Source: Deferribacterales bacterium (lineage in GTDB: Bacteria; Chrysiogenota; Deferribacteres; Deferribacterales; Geovibrionaceae). From it: DNA of 64,000 nucleotides. This document shows positions 9,394 through 20,142 of the stretch, piece by piece. A program made the position numbers and the translations under genes. Below the pieces are notes generated by a model that searched no databases, was not told the origin of the DNA, and worked only from the letters and a program-made list of their open reading frames with translations. Each line of letters opens with the position of its first letter. Position 1 is the stretch's first letter. The stretch lies in the NCBI GenBank assembly GCA_050251875.1, contig JBFWMA010000001.1:433587-497586 (forward strand). The letters are read 5' to 3'.

Positions 9394-11193
9394 ATGTTTA
9401 AGCCCGAACTGAAAGATATTCCCGAAAATCCCGGGATATACACCTACATTGGAAAAAATGACGAGATACTCTATGTCGGCAAGGCGAAAAACCTGAAGAA
9501 CAGGGTATCTTCATATTTTTCAGACATGGACAGCAAACCATTACGCACGCAGAAGATGCTTCAATCCGCCGTGGACATCCGGTTTGTGGTCACCACCACA
9601 GAAGCGGAGGCTCTGCTTCTGGAAAACAATCTAATCAAAACAGAAAAGCCCAGATATAACGTCCGGCTGAAAGACTCCAAAAGCTATCCCTATATCCTGA
9701 TTACCGATGACGAATACCCAAAGCTGATGATTACCCGTGAATCCGGTCAGAAGGGCGAATATTTCGGTCCTTTCACGGATGTTGCCGCTCTGCGGGGGAT
9801 AGTGGACGAGCTTCTGAGGGCGTTTCCCCTGCGCACCTGCCGTGAGAGCCGGTTCAGAGAGAAGAAGGTCTGTCTGAAATATCAGATAAAACAATGCGCC
9901 GGTCCATGCGAAAGCCTGATAAGTAGAAACAGGTATCTGTCAATGGTTTCGCAGATCAGAGATTTTTTTAACGGTGATTTCGCCGGGCTGAAAGAACGCA
10001 TGACCGCCGAGATGATGCGTCTGTCCGACAGGATGGAGTTCGAGGCGGCGGCGAAACTTCGGGACAGACTGCGCAGCGTGGAAGGATTGTTCATAAAACA
10101 GACGGTGGTTCTGCCGGAGGACAGGCGGAGCATAGACATATTCGTTCCGCACACCATAGACAATGTTTCAGGCATCACCGTTATGTTTATCAGAGGCGGA
10201 AAGCTGATCGGCAGCCGCACGGATATTTTCGAGGACGTTGACCCGAAAGAGGTTCTGGAGTCATACGTCATTCAGGTTTACTCCTCCGTGGTGAGCTATC
10301 CGGAGATGATCTCGGTCTTCGACCTGGACGAGACGGACGTTCTTTGCGATGCTGTGGAGAGGATGTCCGGGCGGAAGATAATTCTGAGAAAACGAGGGTT
10401 CGCCGCTCTGCATAATCTTGGTATGGAAAATGCCAGAGTGCAGACGGAGCTGTATATGAAAAGGCTGGCGAAACGGAAGGACATCAGCGCCCGTCTGAAA
10501 GAGATCACCGAATCGGAAAGAGACATCAGAAGGGTGGAATGCGTGGATATATCCCATCTGGGCGGAAAAGGCACAGTAGGGGTATCCGTTGTTACACTGG
10601 ACGGTGAGTTTGCGAACAGAGAATACAGAAAATATAAGATAAAATCGGCTGAAAATGACGATTTCGTGTCGATCTATGAGCTTTTCAGCAGAAAATTCGA
10701 AAATATCAAAGAAAATTCTGAGCCTCTCGCCGATCTTTATATTGTGGACGGCGGGATAGGTCAGCTAAACAGCGCAGTCAGAGCGGCAGAGGAACAGGGC
10801 GTGGACGCTAATTTTATCTCCATATCGAAAGGGCGCTCCATAAAATATATGAAAGACGCTCAGGATGAGTCCATAGAGTCGATCCACATTCCGAACAGAA
10901 AGAACCCGCTGAATCTGAAGAAGAACAATCCTGTTCTGCTTTTCGTGCAGAAGATAAGGGACGAGTCCCACAGGTTCGCCATCACATACAGCAGAAGTCT
11001 GGCGCTGAAAAACTTTAAGAGATCGCCGCTTCTGGATATTGACGGGGTGGGCGAAAAGACTGTTAAGAAAATTCTGGAGAATTTTCCAGATATTTACAGT
11101 AGTAATATATCTGCCGAAGAATTGTCGAAAATATGCAGAATTTCCGGTAAGTTAGCGGAAACTATTCTCAGTAAAGTTAAATCCGGACAATAA
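9394..11193 (+). CDS. uvrC: Excinuclease ABC subunit C
   Basis: GIY-YIG YVGKAKNLKNRVSSYF; DISHLGG; VDGGIGQL; RDESHRFAI; HhH motif. Confidence 0.96.
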   Translation: MFKPELKDIPENPGIYTYIGKNDEILYVGKAKNLKNRVSSYFSDMDSKPLRTQKMLQSAVDIRFVVTTTEAEALLLENNLIKTEKPRYNVRLKDSKSYPYILITDDEYPKLMITRESGQKGEYFGPFTDVAALRGIVDELLRAFPLRTCRESRFREKKVCLKYQIKQCAGPCESLISRNRYLSMVSQIRDFFNGDFAGLKERMTAEMMRLSDRMEFEAAAKLRDRLRSVEGLFIKQTVVLPEDRRSIDIFVPHTIDNVSGITVMFIRGGKLIGSRTDIFEDVDPKEVLESYVIQVYSSVVSYPEMISVFDLDETDVLCDAVERMSGRKIILRKRGFAALHNLGMENARVQTELYMKRLAKRKDISARLKEITESERDIRRVECVDISHLGGKGTVGVSVVTLDGEFANREYRKYKIKSAENDDFVSIYELFSRKFENIKENSEPLADLYIVDGGIGQLNSAVRAAEEQGVDANFISISKGRSIKYMKDAQDESIESIHIPNRKNPLNLKKNNPVLLFVQKIRDESHRFAITYSRSLALKNFKRSPLLDIDGVGEKTVKKILENFPDIYSSNISAEELSKICRISGKLAETILSKVKSGQ

Positions 11194-11295
11194 AACGCCT
11201 TTTAATGTTCAAATTTCACACACATTTGTCTTGATGAATATTTAATCACTGTGTTAAAGTTAAAATATTCTTAGTTAGAACCCTAGGAGGATATT

Positions 11296-12522
11296 GTGAA
11301 GAGAATATTTCTAATCTTAGCGCTGATGGCGCTCCCGCTGTACGCTATGGCCGGGATTTTCGACATTACTATCGCTGTCGATGCCTACAGCCCCTATTAT
11401 CAGAGTTTTGACTCTGTTGAGGACATGATCGATGAGCTGGACACAGATCAGATCCTGTCGCACTTCGCCGGATATGATGAAGATACATCATCCGCCGATG
11501 TGGAAATGAACTTCAGAGGCGTTCCGATCACTCTGAGCTTTGCCACCAACAGCACAAAGCTGATTCTGTCTATCCCCTCCATCGGAGTATATGAGGAGTT
11601 CAACGGATCTGACAGAGACGACAGTGTTGACATGCTGAAAGACTGGTTTGAAAAAGACGGCGGAGACGCTCTGACCGCTCTGCAAAAAGAGCTGATTTCT
11701 GAAACTCCCTCAGACCCCATCGCCGGTAACCCCTCATCTCTGATGTCCCGTATGGTTTCCATGGACTTCGATCAGGCGGTTAACCCTGATTCTGCTGTCG
11801 AGATCAACGGCGAAACAAAATCAGACATAAACGCCAACATGATCTCCGTATTCGCAAAATACGGTAACTACACAACTGACGGCGTAAAGACAAAGGAATA
11901 CGCTATTCCTCTTGCCTACACCATCAGATTCAACAACACTAAAAACACACTGGCTATCAGAATGCCTATCTCTATGGTATCCGTTGAAGATTCAAAAGCA
12001 TACAACCTCGGTCTGGGGCTTGCTCTCGGATATTATGTGAACGACAGATGGAAGCTGACTCCCTCCGTTGGATACGGCGCTGTCGGTTCTATCGATATGG
12101 GTTCAGTGGGACAGATCATTTCCGGATCACTTACCAGTGTTTATACTTTCAAACTGAAAAAATTCGACATCCTCATGGGCAACATGCTGGGACATTACAA
12201 AACTATTCCTTTCAAAACAGGCGACTACAGCATCGATCCTGATATCCAGAACACAGTTCTCAGAAACGGTCTGAACTTCGTAATCCCTGTAAGCAAAGCG
12301 ACCAGCCTGGAGCTTTTCGGTACAGATACAAGATACTACGGCTCTGACCTCTTCATCGACACATATAACGAAGTCGGTTTCTCATACGGCTTCAGAAAAT
12401 CTGTTGATAAAGAGACCAGCAAAGGAATCAAGAACTATGCAAGCCAGCTTCGCGGCGGTCTGACATACCTTTTCTCTGATGAGTCACACGGTTTCACATT
12501 CAATTTCGGATTTGTATTCTAA
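11296..12522 (+). CDS. Hypothetical exported protein, probable outer-membrane beta-barrel
   Basis: Signal peptide; amphipathic beta-strand-like C-terminal half; ends GFTFNFGFVF. Confidence 0.6.
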   Translation: MKRIFLILALMALPLYAMAGIFDITIAVDAYSPYYQSFDSVEDMIDELDTDQILSHFAGYDEDTSSADVEMNFRGVPITLSFATNSTKLILSIPSIGVYEEFNGSDRDDSVDMLKDWFEKDGGDALTALQKELISETPSDPIAGNPSSLMSRMVSMDFDQAVNPDSAVEINGETKSDINANMISVFAKYGNYTTDGVKTKEYAIPLAYTIRFNNTKNTLAIRMPISMVSVEDSKAYNLGLGLALGYYVNDRWKLTPSVGYGAVGSIDMGSVGQIISGSLTSVYTFKLKKFDILMGNMLGHYKTIPFKTGDYSIDPDIQNTVLRNGLNFVIPVSKATSLELFGTDTRYYGSDLFIDTYNEVGFSYGFRKSVDKETSKGIKNYASQLRGGLTYLFSDESHGFTFNFGFVF

Positions 12523-12543
12523 CAGTCTGAAGAACGATAAAAT

Positions 12544-12575
12544 AAAAAAGGCATCCGGAAGGATGCCTTTTTTTT
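12544..12575. terminator. Bidirectional intrinsic terminator
   Basis: A6-GGCATCC-GGAA-GGATGCC-T8 between convergent genes. Confidence 0.88.
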
Positions 12576-12593
12576 ATCTGATTTTGTCTGATA

Positions 12594-13376
12594 TCAGTTC
12601 CACTGAGCCAGTTTCTGTCTGCCGAGTTTAGCGGCGTTAGTGTCGGAGAATTCGGCAGTGAGTTTTTGCAGAGTGATTATGGCGTTCTCTCTGTCGCCGA
12701 TGTTGCCATAGCTGTATCCCAGCTTAAGAAGGGCATCGGGAGCCTTGTTTCCATCGGGATATTTTTCCAGAAGCTCTTTGAATCTGGTGATGGCGCCGGG
12801 ATAGTCTTTCTGAGCGTATCTGATTTCACCCAGCCAGTAGATGGCGTTGTCGGATCTCTCCTCGTTGGGGAATTTTTTCAGAAACTCATAGAATTTGGCT
12901 TCGCTTTCGGCGTATTTCCCGTTTCTGTAGAGCTCATAGGCATATGTATACAGGCTGAGTTTGTCCTGCATGTTGTCTTCGATGATGATGACGTTGTCTT
13001 TTCCGCCTGATGCCGCGGGAGCAGCCATCACGGCGCCGCTGTCAGCTGCGGGCAAAGGCATGTCGGAAGCCGCCGGTGTTGTTTTGCCTTTTTCTATGGC
13101 GCCGACTCTGTCTTTCAGATCGATGATGTCTGTGTTCATCACAGTCATCTCCTCTCTGAGCTGAGAGATACCTTCTGAGTTTTTATTAATGTTTTCAGAG
13201 TTTGTACGGATGTTTTTATCCAGCTCCTGCATTTTCACCTGCATGTCGCCCATGGTGGACTGGATGCCCAGCATCTCGTCTTTGATGTTGTTCATGCTCT
13301 TCTGGATAAGCTCCTGGTCCGCTCCGCAAGCGGAGAGTGTGAGAGCCGCCAGAATTACGGCTGCTGATTTTTTCAT
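12594..13376 (-). CDS. cpoB: Tol-Pal associated CpoB/YbgF-like lipoprotein
   Basis: Lipobox LSAC; coiled coil; TPR region NAIYWLGE...KAPDALLKLG. Confidence 0.85.
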   Translation of the reverse strand: MKKSAAVILAALTLSACGADQELIQKSMNNIKDEMLGIQSTMGDMQVKMQELDKNIRTNSENINKNSEGISQLREEMTVMNTDIIDLKDRVGAIEKGKTTPAASDMPLPAADSGAVMAAPAASGGKDNVIIIEDNMQDKLSLYTYAYELYRNGKYAESEAKFYEFLKKFPNEERSDNAIYWLGEIRYAQKDYPGAITRFKELLEKYPDGNKAPDALLKLGYSYGNIGDRENAIITLQKLTAEFSDTNAAKLGRQKLAQWN

Positions 13377-13390
13377 CGTACCTCCTTGTT

Positions 13391-14281
13391 TTATAGCAAA
13401 AATCTGTCAACCTGCTGTACAAGTATATCTGTATCGGGCTTGCCTATGAAGAGGTTCGCTCCGACGCTTTTTACCTTTCTTTCGTTCTCTTCAGACGCCA
13501 GAGATGAGAAGACTATGATGGGGATATTTTTAGTCTCCGGGTTTTCCCTGACTGATTTCACCACGAACGCGCCGTCTTTCACGGGCATCTCAAGGTCGGT
13601 GATTATCAGCTCGGGAGCTTTCTTGGCTACCTGATCGAGCAGAAGTTTTCCGTTTTCAAAAGCCATGATGGAATATCCCGCCTGCTCCAGGTGGGTGGCG
13701 AGGAATCTTCTGATAACGGCAGAATCTTCCGCCATGTAAACCACTCTGCCCTCTCTCAGGTGAGATTTGGAGTAGTCGATATTAACGTCTTTCAGCGCTG
13801 TGTCTGGGTTCAGCTCCAGAACGATCTTTTCGAAGTCCAGAAGCTGGATCAGGTTTCCGCCGATATCTATAACGCCGAGAACGGTTTCCACCATACTGAA
13901 ATCGGTCATGGATGAATAGTCTTTAATATCCGCCCATGTGATGCGGTGTATGCGTACAACTTCGTCCACCACGAAGCCGTTGTATTCGTGGTTGAAGAAG
14001 GTGACTATTATTTTCTTATCTTTGTAGTCGTTGTCATATTTCAGCCCCAGCCACTGGGCGAGGTCGATGATGGGGATCAGTTTCTGTCTGATGTTGGCTG
14101 TGCCCACAACAGACGGGTGAGCGTCCGGAACACGGACTATCTGTGGAAATCTGATGACCTCCCTCACTTTGGCAACGTTAATGCAGAAATGGTGCTCTTT
14201 GTTCCCCGCTTTAATAATAAATTCAACGATTTCAAATTCGTTTGTACCAGTTTCAAGAAGAATGCCGTGATCTAATGCCAT
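13391..14281 (-). CDS. cheV: Chemotaxis protein CheV (CheW + receiver)
   Basis: ILLETGTNEFEIVEF, INVAKVREV, receiver AEDS...TDLEMP. Confidence 0.92.
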   Translation of the reverse strand: MALDHGILLETGTNEFEIVEFIIKAGNKEHHFCINVAKVREVIRFPQIVRVPDAHPSVVGTANIRQKLIPIIDLAQWLGLKYDNDYKDKKIIVTFFNHEYNGFVVDEVVRIHRITWADIKDYSSMTDFSMVETVLGVIDIGGNLIQLLDFEKIVLELNPDTALKDVNIDYSKSHLREGRVVYMAEDSAVIRRFLATHLEQAGYSIMAFENGKLLLDQVAKKAPELIITDLEMPVKDGAFVVKSVRENPETKNIPIIVFSSLASEENERKVKSVGANLFIGKPDTDILVQQVDRFLL

Positions 14282-14488
14282 ATCTGACCCTCTTGTTTAT
14301 TATCCTGAGAATTGGATGTAAATAAATACCCGCAAGGATAAAGATTTTATCTGCATTAATAAAATACCATATTTGTCGGGTCTGTTCAAGGCATAATGAG
14401 CAAAGTGAGCCCGGCGGATGGAAAAAAGGCACACTCCGGCTGAAAAACGGATGTTGCCGAAAAAGCGGGTATAATGTAAAATGAAAAA

Positions 14489-17107
14489 ATGCGGAAATAC
14501 TTTTTAATTCTGATATTGTTTCTGATCAGCCTGGATACTTTTGCGGCAGGGATATATCTGCGGAGCAAGGGTCACTTCAGCGAATGTGTCATCACGGATG
14601 TCGCCGATAAGGTCATCTCCGTCAGCAAGGGAACGGATATGCTGGCGGTGGAGATGTCAGAACCCCTGTCAGGGCTGAAAGGATCCCGCATCAACGACCC
14701 TTTTTTCAAATCCATCACCGTCAACGGCAAGATTCTCACATTCTCTCTCTTTCCCGGGAGCGACTACACAGTGACCCCCAGAGGAAAAGATCTGCACATT
14801 GTGGCGGCTAAAACCAAAAAGACCAACGACATAAAGACCGGATACGGAATCGAACAGCCGGTGGCGACAGCGGACATGACAATGTTCGAAAACGCCGACT
14901 ATGAAAATGTTCTGGCTAAGATCGATGCCCTGATGGCGTCCGGAGACTATACACAGGCGCTCAGCCTGACGGATAATTTCATGAAAACCCTTCAGGACGG
15001 GTATTACATGCAGGAGGCTTACTTCCGCATGGGCATGATATATCTCCTGACCGGCAAGGACAACTATAACAACTATGTCTATGCCGCCAAGGTTTTTGAG
15101 GATTTCTTAAAAAAATATCCGGAATCTTTCCGCAAGAAAGACGCCATGATAAAACTGGCGGAAGCCAAAGAGATGGCTCAGCTGTATAACGAGGCGATCT
15201 TCGCCTATGAGAATGTGATAAAAACCCTGCGCACTCCGGACGTGGTGAAAACCGCCTATGAGCGCATAGCGGATATATATGCCCAGATGGGGCAGTTTCA
15301 GAACGCCATAAACACCAGAGAAAAAATAATAAACAAGTTCAGGGACTCCTATGTGGATCAGCGGTCCAAGATAGGCATGCTCCAGACCAAGATGAAGGAT
15401 TATGACCTCGCTTACGGTTCTTTCCTGTCTGTGATGGACAGCAACCCTGATTTTTCTAAGATGGGCGCCGAGGAGCTGTATAACATGGCGGAGGTTTTCG
15501 CCATCAAATCGCAGATTCCCCACGCTAAGACGCTCTACGAAAAGGTATATACGCTCTATCCGTCCGATCAGAGAGCCGACATGTCAGCGTATAAATCAGC
15601 GAAAATGCTGGAAAAACTGGGCGAGAAACAGCCCACAGACGCAAGACTGCAGTTTTGCAGCAAAACCTATCCGAGGAAAAAAGGCGGGCTCCTCTGCTCT
15701 GTGACATACGCCGGACGGCATCTGGGCGAGAAAACATCCATCGAGTGGCTGGAATATCTGAAACCGGCTCTGGAATCATCCGATCTGGATATCCGTTCCG
15801 AAGCGGAGATGATAGTCATCAAGTCGCTCTTTGCCGAAAACAACTATGACGAGGCGGATAAAAAAGCGGCCGATTTCATCAGAAAGAATTTTGCCTCCGG
15901 ACATCTGGACGAGGTATACAGAATAAGACAGCGGATAACCCTGACGAAGGCGAAAGACGCCTATAAACGCTCGGATTACGTCACTGCCAAGACTCTTACG
16001 GAAAACATGCTGAAGGAATATCCCGACACTCCTTTCAAAAAAGAGGCTCTGGAAATTCTTCAGGATATCCGTTTCGGCGACATCCGTGAACAGTACAAAG
16101 CCGGAAAATTCAAAGAGACTGTGGACGATCTGACTGTTTTCCTGTCTGAAAACACGGACCTGATAAATCCCGAGAAGTGGATGTTCATGCTTCAGGAGGC
16201 GAAATATTCTTACGCCAAACAGCTCTTCACGGCGAAAAACTACACCGGAACAATGCTGGCGGCTAAAGAATATCTGATCTCTTTTCCCAACGGGATACAC
16301 AAGGATGAGGTCAGAAAAATGCTGGAATCATCCATATCGAATGTGATAACCGGGCTCTACAACAAACAGTCATACATCCAGCTGGTGGATGTTTTCGATA
16401 AAAACCAGAACCCGATACTCACCAGCAATGACGCCGCATTCAAAGACAGAATGAACAGCTATGCCGCTTTCGCTCTTTATAAACTGGGCATGGCGGACAA
16501 GGCGAACAAAATTCTGGATAGAAATAAGTCAGCAAAAAATCCTTATTACATAATGACTTCTCTGCTTCTGGGAAGAAAGATGCCGGATGTCGATCCGAAC
16601 GTTTTTTCCAGACAGATGATGGATTTTCTGGTGCAGGAGCTGGAGAAGAAAAATCCCGATATGCTCATCAGCCTGCTTCAGAAATACAAGAAAGATCCGG
16701 CGTTTGCCGCCCAGCAGATATACAGCATCAGCAAAGGCGTTTTTGACGATATCAAGCGTGAAAAACTGCTGTTTGATCTGTATATGAAGGTGGATATGGA
16801 TCCGAAATCCAGATTCAAAGGATATGAGGAGATATATCTCGACACGGGTATTTCTTTCTTTAAGCGAAATAACTATGACAGCGCTGTGAAGGTGCTGGAA
16901 CAGTTCAAACTTCTGCACACCCCCAGAGACGACAAACGTGCCGAAGGGCTGTATTATCTGGGTAAGGCATATGCCAAACAGGGCAATCAGGACAGCGCCT
17001 CCAACGCCTATATGGAGCTGTTGGAGAGTGTGCCGAAATCAGTTTACGCAAGTGCCGCAAAATCCGAGCTGGAGGACGCAAAATGGCGGAAAAACCTGAA
17101 AAAATAG
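14489..17107 (+). CDS. Large exported TPR-repeat protein
   Basis: Signal peptide; many TPR-like helical repeats; overlaps the downstream kinase start. Confidence 0.75.
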   Translation: MRKYFLILILFLISLDTFAAGIYLRSKGHFSECVITDVADKVISVSKGTDMLAVEMSEPLSGLKGSRINDPFFKSITVNGKILTFSLFPGSDYTVTPRGKDLHIVAAKTKKTNDIKTGYGIEQPVATADMTMFENADYENVLAKIDALMASGDYTQALSLTDNFMKTLQDGYYMQEAYFRMGMIYLLTGKDNYNNYVYAAKVFEDFLKKYPESFRKKDAMIKLAEAKEMAQLYNEAIFAYENVIKTLRTPDVVKTAYERIADIYAQMGQFQNAINTREKIINKFRDSYVDQRSKIGMLQTKMKDYDLAYGSFLSVMDSNPDFSKMGAEELYNMAEVFAIKSQIPHAKTLYEKVYTLYPSDQRADMSAYKSAKMLEKLGEKQPTDARLQFCSKTYPRKKGGLLCSVTYAGRHLGEKTSIEWLEYLKPALESSDLDIRSEAEMIVIKSLFAENNYDEADKKAADFIRKNFASGHLDEVYRIRQRITLTKAKDAYKRSDYVTAKTLTENMLKEYPDTPFKKEALEILQDIRFGDIREQYKAGKFKETVDDLTVFLSENTDLINPEKWMFMLQEAKYSYAKQLFTAKNYTGTMLAAKEYLISFPNGIHKDEVRKMLESSISNVITGLYNKQSYIQLVDVFDKNQNPILTSNDAAFKDRMNSYAAFALYKLGMADKANKILDRNKSAKNPYYIMTSLLLGRKMPDVDPNVFSRQMMDFLVQELEKKNPDMLISLLQKYKKDPAFAAQQIYSISKGVFDDIKREKLLFDLYMKVDMDPKSRFKGYEEIYLDTGISFFKRNNYDSAVKVLEQFKLLHTPRDDKRAEGLYYLGKAYAKQGNQDSASNAYMELLESVPKSVYASAAKSELEDAKWRKNLKK

Positions 17108-18207
17108 ATAAATCCGGCGAGATGGAGATGCTGGCGCAGGCGTTTGCCGCTTTCAGCGAAGCGTCAGCCAAGCTGGAGGAGAAATATGTTATCATAGAGG
17201 AAGAGGCGAAGAAACTGCGTGAAGAGGTGGAGGAAAAAAACCTTCAGCTCTCCAAACTGTCTGGTCTTCTCTCCTCCGTTCTGGATAATTCGAACAGCTG
17301 TGTCACAGCCATAGACGGTCAGGACAACATTCTGGTTAAAAACCCTGTCGCCGACAGCTTTATTCAGGAGCTGGGCATGGATCTGTTCATGGATATGCTG
17401 AAAAGCCATGAGAAACCGGGGGTATACGACCACGAGCTGGACGGCAGAACGTTTCGTCTGTCTGTGGGACTGCTGGATGAACAAAAAGGATTTGTCTTTG
17501 TCATAAACGATATAACGCATATGAAAAAGCTGGAAGGCGAGCGCCAGCGTGACGAGAAGCTGGTTCTGATGGGTGAGATGGCGGCGAACATCGCCCACGA
17601 GATACGCAACCCGCTGGGCAGTATAGAGCTTTTCGCCTCTCTGCTGGAACGTGACCTGAAAGGGGACGAGTCCGGAACCAAGCTGACACGCTCCATAGTG
17701 AAAGGTGTGCGCACCATCAACAGCATTATATCGAATATTCTGCTGTTTACCAAAGAGATAAAACTGGAACCCATCCGCAGGCACACAGCCGACATAGTGG
17801 ATGATGTGATACTCTATCTGTCGCACCTGATGAAAGATAAAAATATAAAATTTATTAATAATATAGATGAAGAACACATGGTCAACTGCGACTTTGAGCT
17901 GTGCAAGCAGGTGGTGATGAACATAGTTCACAACGCCATCGAGGCTGTGCCGGACGGAGGAAAGATAATCATCGATTCCTTTCAGAAGGGCGATGTTTCC
18001 GGATTCACCGTCACCGACAGCGGAACAGGCATCAGCGAATCCATGCGCAAGAAGCTCTTTATCCCGTTTCAGACCACCAAGGCAAAGGGAACAGGGCTGG
18101 GGCTCGCCATCGTCTACAAGATTATCAAGGCGCACAACGGCGCTATATCGGTGGACAGCGACGGAGCGAGCTATACAAAGTTTACGGTTGAATTTCCGGT
18201 AAAGTAA
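17083..18207 (+). CDS. Cytoplasmic sensor histidine kinase, FleS/FlgS-like
   Basis: H-box AHEIRNPL; N, G1, F and G2 boxes; no TM segment; N-terminal coiled coil. Confidence 0.88.
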   Translation: MAEKPEKIDKSGEMEMLAQAFAAFSEASAKLEEKYVIIEEEAKKLREEVEEKNLQLSKLSGLLSSVLDNSNSCVTAIDGQDNILVKNPVADSFIQELGMDLFMDMLKSHEKPGVYDHELDGRTFRLSVGLLDEQKGFVFVINDITHMKKLEGERQRDEKLVLMGEMAANIAHEIRNPLGSIELFASLLERDLKGDESGTKLTRSIVKGVRTINSIISNILLFTKEIKLEPIRRHTADIVDDVILYLSHLMKDKNIKFINNIDEEHMVNCDFELCKQVVMNIVHNAIEAVPDGGKIIIDSFQKGDVSGFTVTDSGTGISESMRKKLFIPFQTTKAKGTGLGLAIVYKIIKAHNGAISVDSDGASYTKFTVEFPVK

Positions 18208-18216
18208 GGGGTTGAT

Positions 18217-19641
18217 ATGGACTTAACATCGAAAAAAATCCTGATAGTGGACGATGACGACAATATGCGTGAAGCCATGGTGGAAACAGTCCGCAGGATG
18301 GGCGTTTCCGTGGATTACGCCGTGGACGGTCAGGACGGTTTCGAGAAGGCTTCCACACGTCCGTATGACCTCATAATCAGTGATATGCGCATGCCCGTGG
18401 TGGACGGGATGAGCATGATGGGACTGCTGACAAACTCCGGCATAAAGACACCTCTGTGCTTCGTCACCGCCTTCGGCACGGTGAACAATGCTGTGGAGGC
18501 GCTCAAGCTGGGAGCTTATGATTATATATTAAAACCCTTCGCCCCGGAGGTGATAGAGGAGCTCGTCCGCCGTGTGCTGGAGCTGGAGGACACAGCCCCC
18601 GCCGCCAAGCGCAAGAAGAACACGGCGATATTCCGCAGCGCTTTCATGGCACAGCTCTTTTCGCTCGCCCGTGATGTTGCCGCCAGCGAGGCGACAGTGC
18701 TCATCACAGGGGAATCCGGTACGGGTAAGGAAGTCTTTGCCAGATACATTCACGAGAACTCAAACAGAAAGTCCGGTCCTTTTGTGGCTGTCAACTGCGC
18801 CGCTCTGCCGGATAATCTTATAGAATCAGAACTTTTCGGATATGAGAAGGGAGCGTTCACAGGCGCTGTCAACCGCAAGCCGGGTAAATTCGAGCTGGCG
18901 GACGGCGGAACTATTCTGCTGGACGAGCTGGGCGAGATACCGCTTCATCTTCAGGCGAAACTGCTGAGAGTGCTTCAGGAGAAAGAGATAGAGAGGCTGG
19001 GCGGAACAAAACCCGTGCGCATCAACGTGCGCATCCTCGCCACCACCAACCGTGACCTGAAAAAAGAGGTGGACGCGGGCAACTTCAGAGAGGATCTGTT
19101 CTACCGTCTGAACGTCATCTCCATCGAGCTCCCCCCTCTTAGAGAGCGCAAGGACGACATCATGGAGCTGGCGTCATTCTTCACCGAAAAATACTGTCAG
19201 ATAAACGGAAAAAATCTTTGCAGGCTGGGACAGGACGCCGAGAGCGCCCTTTTGAAATATGACTGGCCGGGCAACGTCAGAGAGCTGGAACACACCATAG
19301 AGCGTGCTGTGGTGCTCTGCCGTGACGACATTATCAACGAAAAAAATCTATTCCTGCACGGGATAACGATAAACCAGTTTCTGCTGGATAAAGATGAGAT
19401 TCAGGCGGCGTCCGCTGATGAGGATGATGTTCAGACATCAGCGGCATCCGAACAGAAGACAAACGCCCACAGCCTGTCGGGCACCATCGCTGACATGGAG
19501 CGTGAGCTCATCCTCAGCACTCTGAAACAGACGGACGGCAACAGGACGAAGGCGGCGGAGCTGCTGGGAATCACTGTCCGGACACTGCGCAACAAGCTGA
19601 ACGAATACAGAGAGCAGGGCATAGACATCACAGGCGACTGA
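18217..19641 (+). CDS. Sigma-54-dependent response regulator, FleR/FlgR-like
   Basis: Receiver domain, [14 protein letters not shown], Fis-type HTH; directly upstream of flgB. Confidence 0.92.
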   Translation: MDLTSKKILIVDDDDNMREAMVETVRRMGVSVDYAVDGQDGFEKASTRPYDLIISDMRMPVVDGMSMMGLLTNSGIKTPLCFVTAFGTVNNAVEALKLGAYDYILKPFAPEVIEELVRRVLELEDTAPAAKRKKNTAIFRSAFMAQLFSLARDVAASEATVLITGESGTGKEVFARYIHENSNRKSGPFVAVNCAALPDNLIESELFGYEKGAFTGAVNRKPGKFELADGGTILLDELGEIPLHLQAKLLRVLQEKEIERLGGTKPVRINVRILATTNRDLKKEVDAGNFREDLFYRLNVISIELPPLRERKDDIMELASFFTEKYCQINGKNLCRLGQDAESALLKYDWPGNVRELEHTIERAVVLCRDDIINEKNLFLHGITINQFLLDKDEIQAASADEDDVQTSAASEQKTNAHSLSGTIADMERELILSTLKQTDGNRTKAAELLGITVRTLRNKLNEYREQGIDITGD

Positions 19642-19684
19642 TCCACGGAAACAACTCTTTTTGTTCATATTTTCCCCATAACTT

Positions 19685-19700
19685 TGGCACGGATATTGTT
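19685..19700 (+). promoter_or_regulatory. Sigma-54 (-24/-12) promoter of the flgB operon
   Basis: TGGCACG-GATA-TTGT matches TGGCACG-N4-TTGC except at the -12 C. Confidence 0.7.
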
Positions 19701-19723
19701 ATTACATTATCACGGAGGAAGAT

Positions 19724-20131
19724 ATGAACTCAATTTTCTCACAGATGGGCATCGACAAACTTGGATACGGACTGGTAACAGCGTCCACCAAGAACGATGT
19801 GATATCGCAAAACATTGCTAATGTTGACACTCCCGGATATAAGGCGAAAGATCTGAAATTTTTCGATGTTATGTCCGAAGTGATGGGCACAGGGAAAAAA
19901 TTGCCTCTTGCCCGCACCAATGAGAAACATCTTCCCTCTCAGGACAAGATACTTAATCCTTCCGAGTTCATATACGACCAGAACAATCCCTCCGTAAGAA
20001 ATGACGGCAACGATGTGAACGAAGATTATGAAATGAGCCAGATGGCTGAAAACAGCGTTCGCTATCAGATGCTTGCGCAGCTCACAGCCGGCAAGTTCAC
20101 CAAGCTGAAAGAGATAATCCAGAGCAAGTAA
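19724..20131 (+). CDS. flgB: Flagellar basal-body rod protein FlgB
   Basis: NIANVDTPGYK; RNDGNDV. Confidence 0.95.
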   Translation: MNSIFSQMGIDKLGYGLVTASTKNDVISQNIANVDTPGYKAKDLKFFDVMSEVMGTGKKLPLARTNEKHLPSQDKILNPSEFIYDQNNPSVRNDGNDVNEDYEMSQMAENSVRYQMLAQLTAGKFTKLKEIIQSK

Positions 20132-20142
20132 GGGAGTAGGAC

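Noticed and set aside
14282..14488. Sigma-28 promoter for cheV
   Set aside because: A GCAGATAA-like element exists on the minus strand, but there is no correctly spaced TAAA.
17164..18135. 323-aa antisense ORF (similarly 27444-28409, 30731-31627, 37937-38953, 43937-44653)
   Set aside because: These lie opposite well-supported genes and have no recognisable motifs; they are codon-bias shadows.
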